Positions 1 through 10,827 of a DNA stretch of 64,000 nucleotides are shown here, in pieces (position 1 is the stretch's first letter; each line of letters begins with the position of its first letter). The stretch comes from Geosiphon pyriformis uo1. Taxonomy: Eukaryota; Fungi; Glomeromycota. The notes under the pieces were generated by a model. The model was not told the DNA's origin. It did not search any database and saw only the letters and a program-made list of their open reading frames with translations. The stretch is taken from NCBI GenBank assembly GCA_016748015.1, contig JAAOMT010000295.1, positions 186,001-250,000 of the forward strand, read 5' to 3'. The translations under genes were made by a program, and so were the position numbers.

Positions 1-99
1 CATACCAATGTTGATAGCCTCTCAAGAATGAGACAAGATTAATACCAACAACAATTCCACCACAACTTACCAACTTACCAACAAAATAACCAAACAAGA

Positions 100-1485
100 A
101 TGGATTCCAGAAATTACAGCAATCTTAAAAATTATTTGGAGACCCTTACCATGCCAGAAAACTGGTCTTTAAGTGAAAAACATCATTTACAATACCAATC
201 AAAACAATATTTCATACACCAGAACAAAATCTATTATAAAAATCACAGAAACCCAAACCAACCACTCAGATTAGTACAAGAGAATGAAAAAGAAACAATT
301 TTATACAACATGCACACAGATCCGTCTTTAGCACACTTGGAAAGAGATAAAACAATTCAAAAAACCCTTGAACATTATTTTTGGCCTTACATGCAAAAAG
401 ACATTCGACAATATATAGAATCTTGTGATAGTTGTCAAAAAAGAGAAGGAATTCACTCCACAGAACCTTTAAATTCAATCAAAGTTGGACAATTTTTTGA
501 CAGAGTTGGAATTGATTTAGTCGGACCATTACCTATCACAACTCAAGGAAATTGCTATATTGCAGTAGCAGTAGATTATCTTACCAAATGGCCTGAAACT
601 AGAGCCATCCAAAGAGCAGATGCAAAATCAGTAGCAAATTTCATCTATGAAGACATTATTTGTAGACATAGATGTCCAATTGAACTTTTATCTGATCAAG
701 GAACACATTTTGTGAACAACTTAATACAAGAAATTTGTAAATGGTTCAATGTCAAAAGATTTCTATCATTATCTTATTACTCTCAAACAAATGGACTTGT
801 AGAATGTTTCAATAGAACATTGTGTGAATCTCTAGCCAAAGTCTCAACAGACTTTAAGCAGGAATGGGATATCTTTATTCCATCAGTGTTACTAGCATAC
901 AGAATGCTAAAACAAGATATTATAAAACACATACCATTTGATTTTACTTATAGAAGGACAGCAACATTACCAATTAATTTCACAGTGGAAACATACTCAG
1001 TGCAACCAATCAATGAAGAAAACTTTCAAGAAACACTCCAAAGAAGGGCCTACACTCTTCTTAGTACACTGAAAGGAAAAAGAAGAATAGCAGCAACTCA
1101 TATTGAACATTCCCAAGCTTAACAAAAAGAAAAACATGACAACAAATTACCATCTATTACCAACAAATTTAAAGTTGGAAATAAAGTTCTCTTATACAGA
1201 ACTAAGACTGAAAAACAATGGAGTAGAAAATTTGAAAACAAATGGAATGGACTATTTTATATTCACGAAATTCTAGGCAATGGATCATACAAGTTAAGAC
1301 TTGATGACAAAATACTAGTAAAAGTTGCACATAGAAACAGATTAAAACATTATCATTCCAGAAACAATCCTGAAACATTAATTCCACAAATTGGTATACA
1401 TTCTCCTTTAATTAATCCTGAAGATATTCCCCGAAATTTAGAACTAATAATTATAATAGAACAACAACCAAACTTGAACACTTAA
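100..1485 (+). pseudogene. Gypsy integrase (HHCC, DDE core, GPY/F-like C-terminus), one internal TAA at 1120-1122
   Basis: MH...HL...CDSCQ; GIDLVGPLP; LLSDQGTHF; QTNGLVE. The frame continues after the stop with KFENKWNGLFYIHEILGNGSYKL and ends in TAA at 1485. Confidence 0.93.
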
Positions 1486-1628
1486 ATTTTACAATAATTT
1501 TCTAATAAAAATACAAAGACAAAAATAGTAAATAATTACAAAAACACTTAAACCCAAAAACAAATAAAAACCCCATATCCAAAAATAATTTTCTTTATTC
1601 TCTCTTTTCATAATTAGTCAATTTTATC

Positions 1629-2336
1629 ATGATTATTTCCCGAAATATTCAACAAATATCCCAAAAGTTAATATTAGCCTTGAAAACACTTCCTGACTTA
1701 TCCATAACGATTAATGGAAGTCAAATTAATTACATTCAGAAAAAAACCACAGCCCCAGTAGCAAATCATTCACAGAACTATCACCCCTATAGAAAAAAAA
1801 CAAGAAGTCACTCTGAAAATAGGTTACCAAGACTTTTGAAGCAAGCACTGGAAGAAAATCTTTTAATTGCCCCTATTGACATTCCATCAAATACTACAAT
1901 GCAACAAAAACTTTTACTACTTTTCAATGAACAGAACAATGAACACACCCCTATCTATAAATACTTTCACATTGGAAAGACACTTTATGAACGAAAACTA
2001 GAACTTGAAGCAACAAATCTCACTCCTGAAGCTATACAAAAACAAATCCACAATGAATTCAAAACAGCAGCTGAACCAACAAACATTCGCTACAAACTTA
2101 GAACAGCTTTTAGACTCTATAATTTGTTTAATACTTGTGAAAATATTCTACAAAATCTAATACTGCAACCAATAAAAGTCCAATACATTGGCAAACTCAC
2201 AGAACTGAAATTTCAACAATTTTCAGACCAGATTACTTTAATTATTTTAGATCACTATCTCAATATTACAAATAGTGCTTGGACTTCGACAGAACTCAGT
2301 CTTGAGGAGGAGATTATGTTACCAGTAGAATTTTAG
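1629..2336 (+). CDS. Accessory ORF3 of element A, 235 aa, unknown function; runs through the PPT into the LTR
   Basis: Intact ORF between integrase and LTR. Homologous N- and C-terminal motifs occur at the same position in elements C, D and F. Confidence 0.8.
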   Translation: MIISRNIQQISQKLILALKTLPDLSITINGSQINYIQKKTTAPVANHSQNYHPYRKKTRSHSENRLPRLLKQALEENLLIAPIDIPSNTTMQQKLLLLFNEQNNEHTPIYKYFHIGKTLYERKLELEATNLTPEAIQKQIHNEFKTAAEPTNIRYKLRTAFRLYNLFNTCENILQNLILQPIKVQYIGKLTELKFQQFSDQITLIILDHYLNITNSAWTSTELSLEEEIMLPVEF

Positions 2337-3307
2337 TTATTAATTAGCATGAAATTACCCTTATAATTCCTATAATTCATTAGTATATTAATATTATTTC
2401 AAATTATCATTTATTATTTAATCAATTATCACATATCACAATTCAATTAAATAATCCAATTAGTATAACAGAAAGTAGAATGATCAAATTACACAATACT
2501 CTGAACTTTGTAACATTCAAAAATTTGCCGAAATTTACAGAAATTCGCCGAAATTTATAGAAATTCGCCGAAATTATGAATAGTTCACCCAAATTAATCA
2601 ATAGTTCAGCGAAATAACTTGTAGTCCATTAAAATGTATCTTTAGTTTGTCGAAATTTGAGCAAAAAGAAAAAGTACAAGTTCATAGACTAGTCTATAAC
2701 AAGTTGTATAAAAGAAGAGCTTTTCTCTTCAAGAAAATGTATCTTACTTTAGATTTATCACTTAGAATTATTCATATACACACAAAAAGAAATAAATATC
2801 AAATAATTTGAAAAAACCAAATTCTTTAATTATTGCACTTGGAAAATCCCCAAAACCTAACTAACATTTTGAAATTGATTAGCTACCAATTTCAGTAAAC
2901 TGTTAGTGACTCCAGGCCTGAATAGAAAACATTTCTCTTGACAGAATTCAACTTCTTTTACATTTCTTTTACATTTCTTTTATTTTCTTATTATAATCAT
3001 TAAGGTAGCCTACAGACAAAATTTCTGTAGAAGAATTGATTTTTACAGCAAAGTAACTACACATTTTTAGTGAGCTTCCAGACGAGCAATTCCTGAAAAA
3101 GAGTTGACGTTTACTACAATGTAACTACATAAAGTAACTGGCAAGGAATTGACTATTTCACTTATAAGCCCAGCAAGTTCAAATTATAGAAGATAATTTG
3201 AAGATAAATTCAGTTATTGGAGGTTTAACTACTTCTAGAAAACATAAATTTGCAACCAACAGACATTTACAACATTCAAGAAAAGAGACCAAAAACCTCT
3301 GGTAACA
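2317..3307 (+). repeat. 3' LTR of element A (991 bp)
   Basis: 9-bp terminal inverted repeat TGTTACCAG/CTGGTAACA; follows the PPT; TATAAAA near 2706 and AATAAA near 2791; homologous to 48932-49902 and 57559-58546. Confidence 0.93.
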
Positions 3308-3816
3308 ATGGCTTTTGCTTCTGGCCATTTTGTAAGATAGTCTATAGTCACTGCAATATATTTGTTGCCTCTACTGGTGATTGTTAATGGTCCGACTAAG
3401 TCAATTCTAATGCAATCAAATAGTTGTCTTATTTTGATTAGTCTTAATGGTTCACTGAGTTTTGTTTTACCTCTTCTTTGACAAGCATTACAACTTTGAA
3501 CATATTAGATGATGTCTAAATACATTGATGGCCAATAGTATCTTTTTCTGGTTCTTTCTATAATTGCTTCTTTATGAAAATGTCCTGCTGTTGGATCTGA
3601 GTGCATGTTAAACAATATTATTTCTTTTTCTGATTTTGTAATTACTTTGGTTGGTTGGTCTGGATTTCTTCTGTTTTTCTAGTAAAATATATTTTGATGA
3701 TTGATGAAATATTTTGATTGTTGTTTTATGTTGTTTTGTTCTTTTTGAGATAATTTTTCCTTGAACAATTGAGTATTTATATAATGCTGGAGTTGTTGGT
3801 ATTTTTGTGTGTTTAT
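3308..3816 (-). pseudogene. Integrase N-terminal part of element B (start codon decayed to ATA), interrupted by element A
   Basis: Near-identical to the ORF 26890-27531 region (NTQKYQQLQHY...MHSDPTAGHFHK). Confidence 0.88.
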
Positions 3817-3846
3817 CTTTTATTATATTTTTGGGTTGAAATGTTT

Positions 3847-6800
3847 TTAGATTTGTCTCATTTGCAACAATCCATCGACATTTCCATTGCCTTTTCTTTT
3901 TTTATAATGTACTGTATAATTGAATGGTAAAAGTTTTATTTTCCATCTGGCATGATAATCATTTGCAAATTTTTGTTTCTGGATTGAAGTCAATCTTTTG
4001 TGATTCATATATATTTCAAACTTTTGGCTCAAGTATTCTCTCCATTTAATGACAGCCCAATAGATTGCTAAGTGTTCCAGTGCTAGAGTTCTATAATTCT
4101 TTTCAGCTGGACTTAAATTTCTACTGGCTTAAGCTACTGGATGCTCTCTTCCATTAGATTCTTTCTGTGATAATACTGCTCCCAATGCTTGACCTGATGC
4201 ATCAGTAGTAATAATAAATAGTTTGTTGTGATCTGAATACATCAATACTGAAGCTTGAATAAGCTTTCTTCTCAATGTGTCAAATGCTTTTTGTTGAGCT
4301 TCAGTCCATTTATACTTCATATTCTTGGTTTGTAGATGGTGAAGTGGCTGAGTTAGTTTAGAAAAGTTTTTGATGAAGCAGCAATAGTAGCCTGTGAATC
4401 CCAAAAATGCTCTTAGTTCTGGCAAGTTGGCTGGTACTAGAAAGTTCTTAACTATTTTGATCTTGTTTGTATCTGTTTTGATTCCGTTTTTGCTCACCAC
4501 ATGTCCCAAAAACTTGAGTTCAGTTTTTCCAAAGAAACATTTGGTTGTATTTAGTTTCAATTCAGCTCTTCTTAACCTTTTAAATACTTGTTGGAAATGA
4601 TGCAAATGATCATTGAATGTTTTTGAGAATACATTGATGTCATTCAAGTATACAACTACTGTTTTCCATAGTAATTCAGTATAGACAATTTCCATAAGCC
4701 ATTAGAATGTTGCTGGAGCATTCATTAAGCCAAATGGCATGACTTCAAACTCAAAATTTTTTTCTCTTGTGGTGAACACTATTTTTTCTTTGTCAGCTGA
4801 ATCCATGGCTACTTGTCAGTAACTACTATCTAAGTCCAGTATTGAAAACCATTTATTTTCTCCAAAAGTGTCAAATAGTTTTTGGATCTTTGGAGTTGGA
4901 TAGCTATCATCTTTTGTTATTCTATTCAGTTTTCAGTAGTCTACACAAAAACAAATTTTTCTATTCTTTTTATGAACTAGTACTACTGGTAATGACCATA
5001 GATTCATTGATGGCTGAATTAGCCTATTGTCAAGTATCTGATTGATTTCTTGATGAATGATCTCATGGCTAGCTGGTGGTATTTTGTATGCTCTTTGTTT
5101 AATTGGCATTGCATCTTCAGTCTTGATCTGATGCTGGATGATGTTGGTTTGACCAAATTCATTTTTGCTAGCAAAGATGTCATTAAAATTGTTAAGTAAT
5201 ATTTTGAGTTGCATCTGTTGAAGTGGATCTAGATTCTCCATGTTCATTTGTTCCAATTGTTTTGGTTGGAGCAGATAACATTCACTTTGTTTATAGATAG
5301 TTTGTGATGTAATGTCCACATATCTGCAAAGCTGTAGAAAATCTGGAATGTGATTTGGTAGTTGATTCTCAACTTCAGTGGTCAAATATCCAATAATAGT
5401 TCTTTTTGGTATTTTAATAACACTTCCAGTTGTGTTGTAGATGGGAATTTTAATGTTTTTGGGGCTTTTGGCTAATATATAGAGATTAATAAGTCTAATC
5501 TCTCCTGATTTACAAATGGTGGCTTCTGCTTCAAACAACTGAGCCTGATTCTTTACTTCTCTTTTTATAGATAACATATACTGGTCATATGATGGAATAG
5601 AAATTTATTGACAGGTTGAGATAATTTCTCCTTTGTCAATAATCTTTTCCTTTGTTATATTAACTAGTATGTCTATTTTACTCATTAATCCAAATTCTTA
5701 TATCCCTTTAGCAGTAATCCCTAATTTTTTTCTGTTTCCTATTGACACTAATTGAGCTATTTTCACCAGAGGTAGAAATATTACTTGTGCTATCTTTTTA
5801 TTTGGCTCTATAATATAGGCCTTTTCAGAGTCATTTTGTAGTATAGCAATGATATTTCCTACATACCCTGCATCAATTATTTCTCCTTTAATGTTGATTT
5901 TTTTTTTCATTAGGCTACTCCTAGATGCTAATTGAACCATAGTTGTTGTTGGAATTTTCAGAGCTATTTTGAGATTAATATATGTGCACGAATTTGGTTC
6001 CAATTTAATGGCTTCTTTTTCTAGATATCTCAGATCAAACTCTGTGTCAGTATCATGCACATGTTCTGGCATAATACCTTCCTTATTGTCACTATACCAT
6101 TTGAGCTTCTGCTCCTTAGATAGATCAGGAAGTGCAATATATATTTCGGGGTTTGAATTGGAGTCTGAATTGCTAATATTTTTGTTGTCATTTTGAGCAG
6201 AGTTGAAACTGTTATTTTCATTATTGTTGGTGTCAGAGTTTGAATTGGGATTGAAAATTGATTCTGATTCTAATGCATAGTTGTTGATTGGTTCTTCTTC
6301 CTCTGGGATTGTGTAGATTATGCGTGATGGTAGATTGTAAATGAGATTACATTTATTACAATATTAAAAGTCACATAGAATTAAACAGTGGTTATATAGT
6401 TGAGTGTTGATTTCTTCCAAGCATTGCTTCTGCTCTTCTTTCATAGGTGCTAGCTCTTGATAATTTTCATGAAATTGTTCTGGATCTAGGAGATTTATGA
6501 TTGGTTTTGGGTCCCAGTTGAGTTTTATAGGTTCAGGTGGGTTATTTTTAATTGTTTTTATCTCTTCTGGTGTTACTCCTTTGATTTTGGCAAGTGCTAT
6601 TTGCCAGATTTTGTCATCATCATGTGGACATCCATCCAAACATTTGATGGCTTGTCTCTAGGCAGCATCTATGGGTGTTCCTTTTCTCACCCAGTTACTT
6701 ATGAGAATTGTGTATTGACACAATTCATCGCATGTTTCTCTTTACTCAGGAATGTCATTCCACATTCTTTTATTCAGAAGAGTTTCTTCACAAGCCAAAC

Positions 6801-9800
6801 ATAGTTTATTGTCCTATTTTCCAATCCATTTTAGCCTTCCAAAGTGTTTAATAATGCATGAACAGCAGAATTTTGTTGCCAAAGTGTACTTCTCATCGTC
6901 ACCACAATAAGTGCCCATTAACAACAATTTCTTGCCACAATCAATGCATACCAGTTTTGGGCAGCAATAAATGGATTGGTAGGATGTAGTATAGAAATTA
7001 TAAGTGAGATTGCTGTCGATTGTTGGTTTTTTTTCTTTCTTCTTTTCTTTTTCTTTTTTGTCTTCTTTCTATTCCCAATTTATTTGTTCTTCTTGGTCAT
7101 TGTCAGTTTCCCAGGCTTGGTCAGCTTTCCAGATAAGTTCTTCACTCTGCTTTCCTTTACTGTTGTTGTCTCATGAAGATACTGGCAGCAGCTCATTGTG
7201 TTCGGTGTTGGTCCAGGAAACTTGGTAGACTTTCCAGGTAGGTTTCTTCTCCTCTTTCTCAAATTTAATAAGTGGGGTTGTCGAGTTGGTGGTCTTGAAA
7301 TGGCTACATGTGGCTGGTATATGTGTGTGTCAGCCATTCTGGTTAATTTGAAGCTCTTGTGTATTCCAATCAAGCAATGTGTTGGTTTTGGATAGCCAAT
7401 CATTCTCAATGAGTGCTTGGTATTGGGTGGCTTTTATGATCAGTACTTTGATTGGGACTATAATACCATTGATTTCGATGGAGAAGTTGTCAATCTCACC
7501 AATGAGAGTTTTTGTTGTTTCATTGGTGGTTATGATTCTGGTGCTGGCAGTGCAATCAACTTAGCAACCTAATTGGTTCATGAGTTGTTTTGTAATGATG
7601 CTACCAACTGATCCACTATCTAGGATCAGTTTAATAAAGTGGCCATCAACTTTGACATCAGTATATATGGCCATAATAAGTTTTTCTTCCAAAGCAGCTC
7701 CACTAAATAATGGCATGGTCAATGGTTCTTCAAGTTTAAACAGGAAGATGGTGTCTAGTGATTCATTCTCAGTAATGGTACCTGGCAGAATATTGCTGGT
7801 AAGTGTTAATTGTTGGTTGGTCTTCGGATTATTAGGTTGGATGTCTTCTGTAGTAACCAGGAGACTTAAATAGTTCTGGGAATTTGGGTTTTGGGTGTAC
7901 CCAGTACCCAAATTCCATTGTAAAGATCTTGCTGGTTGTGTAAAAGAACTGGAGATCAGTTGGTGAACTACTATTGACGATCTCCAGCTTTGTTGGGTCA
8001 ATCTCAGCCTTTGGATTTTGTTTTGAGGTAAGTTTTATGGTGGTGTTTGAATTTGTTAAGGCTGATAGATTATCTAAGATTGCAGCTAATAAATGAGTTG
8101 TAACTGTGGTTAATAAATTGTCAGTATTGTTGGTTGATAAATTGGTGCTTGATATACTGGTGGATGATAAAGTGGTTGCTGTGTCATAAGTATGTAATTC
8201 TGATGATATGGCTCTAAGTTTGATAGGTTATTTGGAATTTGAAACTGGCAATCGGGGTTTTAATATTGATTTTCTGATCATTGGTTATTTAAGCAATGGC
8301 AGCAATTGATTTGTAGGTGTTCTTGTTTACCACAATAGTAGCAAACATGCATTTCTTGTTGCCATTGTTGATTGGTTGACAATGATAAACACAACTAATT
8401 CTGGAAATGATTCGCATTTTCAGAATTATTATGTTGTTGTGGTGGTAGATAAATTGTGCGATTGTCAGCTAAATATTTCTCTAATTTCTGATTGATAGAA
8501 TCATTAAATTGGTTTAATTTGGAATCCAATTCAGATGATCCATTCATTACTAGATTAATGGCTTGAGCATGGTTAGCTTCAAGTTCAGTGGCTTCAAAAT
8601 CTTAAGCATTTATAACGGCTGCTTGCAGATTGATAGGATGCAATGGATGTACGCATTGTAGAATACTATTGCATAATCCGCAAATAAACTGATTTAGGAT
8701 CTGGGCCACTGTAAAATAATTGGCGTCAATGGCTTGGATTTGGTGCATATTTCTATGGAAGTGTCCTAAATAAGTAGTAACTGCTTTATTTTCTCCTTGT
8801 TTAATGGTAGTGAATGTGTTTGCTAGCCTGTTAATGCTGTTATTGTTGCTGAAATATCTTAAGAATTCAATTTTGAATGCATTAAAATCTTGGGATTTGT
8901 TGACCAGACTTTAATACCATGAATTGGCAATATTCTATAGAAAATATGGGATGGCTTGTATGGCTCTGGCGTCATTCCATCCATTAGCTGCAATAGCTTT
9001 TTCCACATCATTTAGCCATACTTAGGCGTCGTCCTCTTCACTGGTGAATTTTTCAAGTTTGGCTATTAGTACATATGTTATTGGATCTAAGTTGGGTTGT
9101 GGTTGCTGCTGAATTTGTTGTTGAGGTAGCAGTTGTGGTTGTTGTTGCTGTTGGGTGTTTGGTGGAGCTGATGGTAGATTGATCACGATTACTGGAGGTA
9201 AGTGCTGATTAATTACATTGGGGTTTTAATTATTCTGATTTTCTGGAGTTTGATTAACCAGAGTTTTAATTTCTGAATGTTCTAAGATCAGGTTTTGCTT
9301 ATTAACTTCCTGATTGCTACTCTCTTCTTCCTCGGAGTTGGTTATTTCCCAAGGATTAACAGTTCCAAAATCTGGTTGTGGTGGTGGTGATCAAATTTTT
9401 AATGGCATTGGGGATTATAATTTAAATTTCTTGAAATAATCGCCATATGTTTCTAATAACTCTGCCTTCTTTTGTTTATTTTGGAATGGAATTCTGTTTA
9501 GTGATATTGTTGCACTTGTTGTAGCTGTGTTTATTATATTAATAGTGCTTTTGGGTGTGTAGTGATATGATGGATTAGCAGGTGAATCAAACTTTTGTTT
9601 TTTCCAAGTGAATAGTTGGATTTTCTTTGGTGTTCCTGCTGGTGTTTGTAGCTTTCTTTTGCCTTTGTTTGCAAAAGTGATAGGAAATCTCTGTTTGGTG
9701 TATTTTTCAATTTTCCTGTTTATTTCTGTAATTAGGGGTGCAAATAGGTAATTTTGTGGAAGGGTGGTGCTTTGGAGTAATTCACTGAAGAAGTTGTTAA

Positions 9801-9985
9801 AGGTGGATTTTGGATCTCTTTGGCCTCCTAAGTGATATACTACTCTTTCGTTGACATAGCAATTGAAAGCTGATTTGGTTGGCCAACTATTATTTGTTAA
9901 TCTGAAATGAATGTGATAGTGTTGGAATAAGAATTTTGCAAATCCTAAATGGTTTGTTCCTATTTCTTCAGATTCTGCTACTGTT
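3847..9985 (-). pseudogene. gag-PR-Cys-rich-dUTPase-RT-RNaseH polyprotein of element B, many nonsense changes
   Basis: ORF fragments 7561-8001 (protease), 6364-6639, 5698-6072 (dUTPase), 4933-5577, 4129-4695 (RT/RH), 3847-4032. Confidence 0.92.
5680..6072 (-). pseudogene. dUTPase domain within pol of element B
   Basis: Motifs FDLRY, QLASRSSL, IIDAGYVGNI, KIAQVIF, LGITAKGI match trimeric dUTPase motifs I-V. Confidence 0.9.
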
Positions 9986-10024
9986 TAGATGATTATGATT
10001 GGTGCTGTTCTCTGTAGAATTATA

Positions 10025-10041
10025 CCTCACAGGAAGCACCA
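10025..10041 (-). promoter_or_regulatory. Primer-binding site TGGTGCTTCCTGTGAGG
   Basis: Lies 2 nt after the LTR end and is complementary to a tRNA 3' end (..GCACCA). tRNA identity is uncertain (elongator Met or Ile-UAU-like). Confidence 0.85.
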
Positions 10042-10043
10042 AA

Positions 10044-10827
10044 TGTTACAGATAATTATTTGGGGTCTTAAATCAAATAACAAATCTGTAACTTGGTGCT
10101 TAATATCTTGACAATGCTAATGATACTGGTATGTTGGTTGTATCTGAAGATTTTAGAGTTGAGTCCTTTGTATAATGAACAAAGATTCAATGACAATATA
10201 GTTGGTTGGTGAGTTGTGTTTCCAATTTCTGTCTTTAGCTTGGTGGCCAGTTTATTCTGGCAGTCATGCCCTTCTAGTAAGCTATCCATTAATATATATA
10301 TAATTTTACTCTTATTTCTGGGTTTTTTACCAGGCTATTTGTGATGTCAATTACTCAGTGCTTTAATTCTTAATTAGTTAGTATATGACAGTAAAAATTA
10401 AAGAAAGAAAAAAATAAAAGAAAATAAAAAAATGAGCCAAGGCAATGTGCACATTAGTATCTTGTCAATAACCATGATCAAGAGCTATTGTTCCAGCATA
10501 GTTAGGTATCAATTACTATCAACATAAAGTGTTGATAGTGGAGAGTCAATTTGGATAGTAAATGATTTATTTATTTAATATTTGTGGATAGAAGATTTCT
10601 AACTAAAGAATTCTTATCTTTCTACTTCTAATGCTACTGCTATATATACATAATTGATGTTCTATGAGATCACTCATATTCCCAAGCAATGTGTTATAAT
10701 TTCTTGAGCAATGTGCTGTAATTTTTATCATTGTTCTACATTGCTAAGCAATGTGCTTATATGCTACATACTATTCACTCATTAGTCTACTATTCTCTCT
10801 ATATCTGTTTTTTTTTTATGAGTAATA
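10044..10827 (-). repeat. 5' LTR of element B
   Basis: TGTTAC...GTAATA termini; TATATATAG box on the minus strand near 10640; homologous to seven other LTRs in the window. Confidence 0.92.

Larger units (their letters stand above)
1..3307 (+). mobile_element. Ty3/Gypsy LTR retrotransposon A (3' part: RNase H end, integrase, ORF3, PPT, 3' LTR), inserted into the integrase of element B
   Basis: HTNVDSLSRMRQD* at 1-42; integrase ORF; purine tract GAGGAGGAGA at 2304-2313; LTR TGTTACCAG...CTGGTAACA. Sequence after 3307 is mid-integrase of a minus-strand element. Confidence 0.95.
3308..10827 (-). mobile_element. Ty3/Gypsy element B (5' LTR, PBS, gag-pol, start of integrase); remainder lies left of the window
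   Basis: LTR 10044-10827, PBS, capsid, zinc knuckle, protease LILDSGS, dUTPase, RT VVVYLND, RNase H TTDASGQALGAVL, integrase N-terminus. Confidence 0.95.

Noticed and set aside
1330-1485. Chromodomain at the integrase C-terminus
   Set aside because: The tail after the GPY/F-like module lacks the Y.VKW.G......W motif.
1629-2336. ORF3 as an env gene
   Set aside because: Too short; no signal peptide, transmembrane helix or cysteine pattern. Only the position is env-like.
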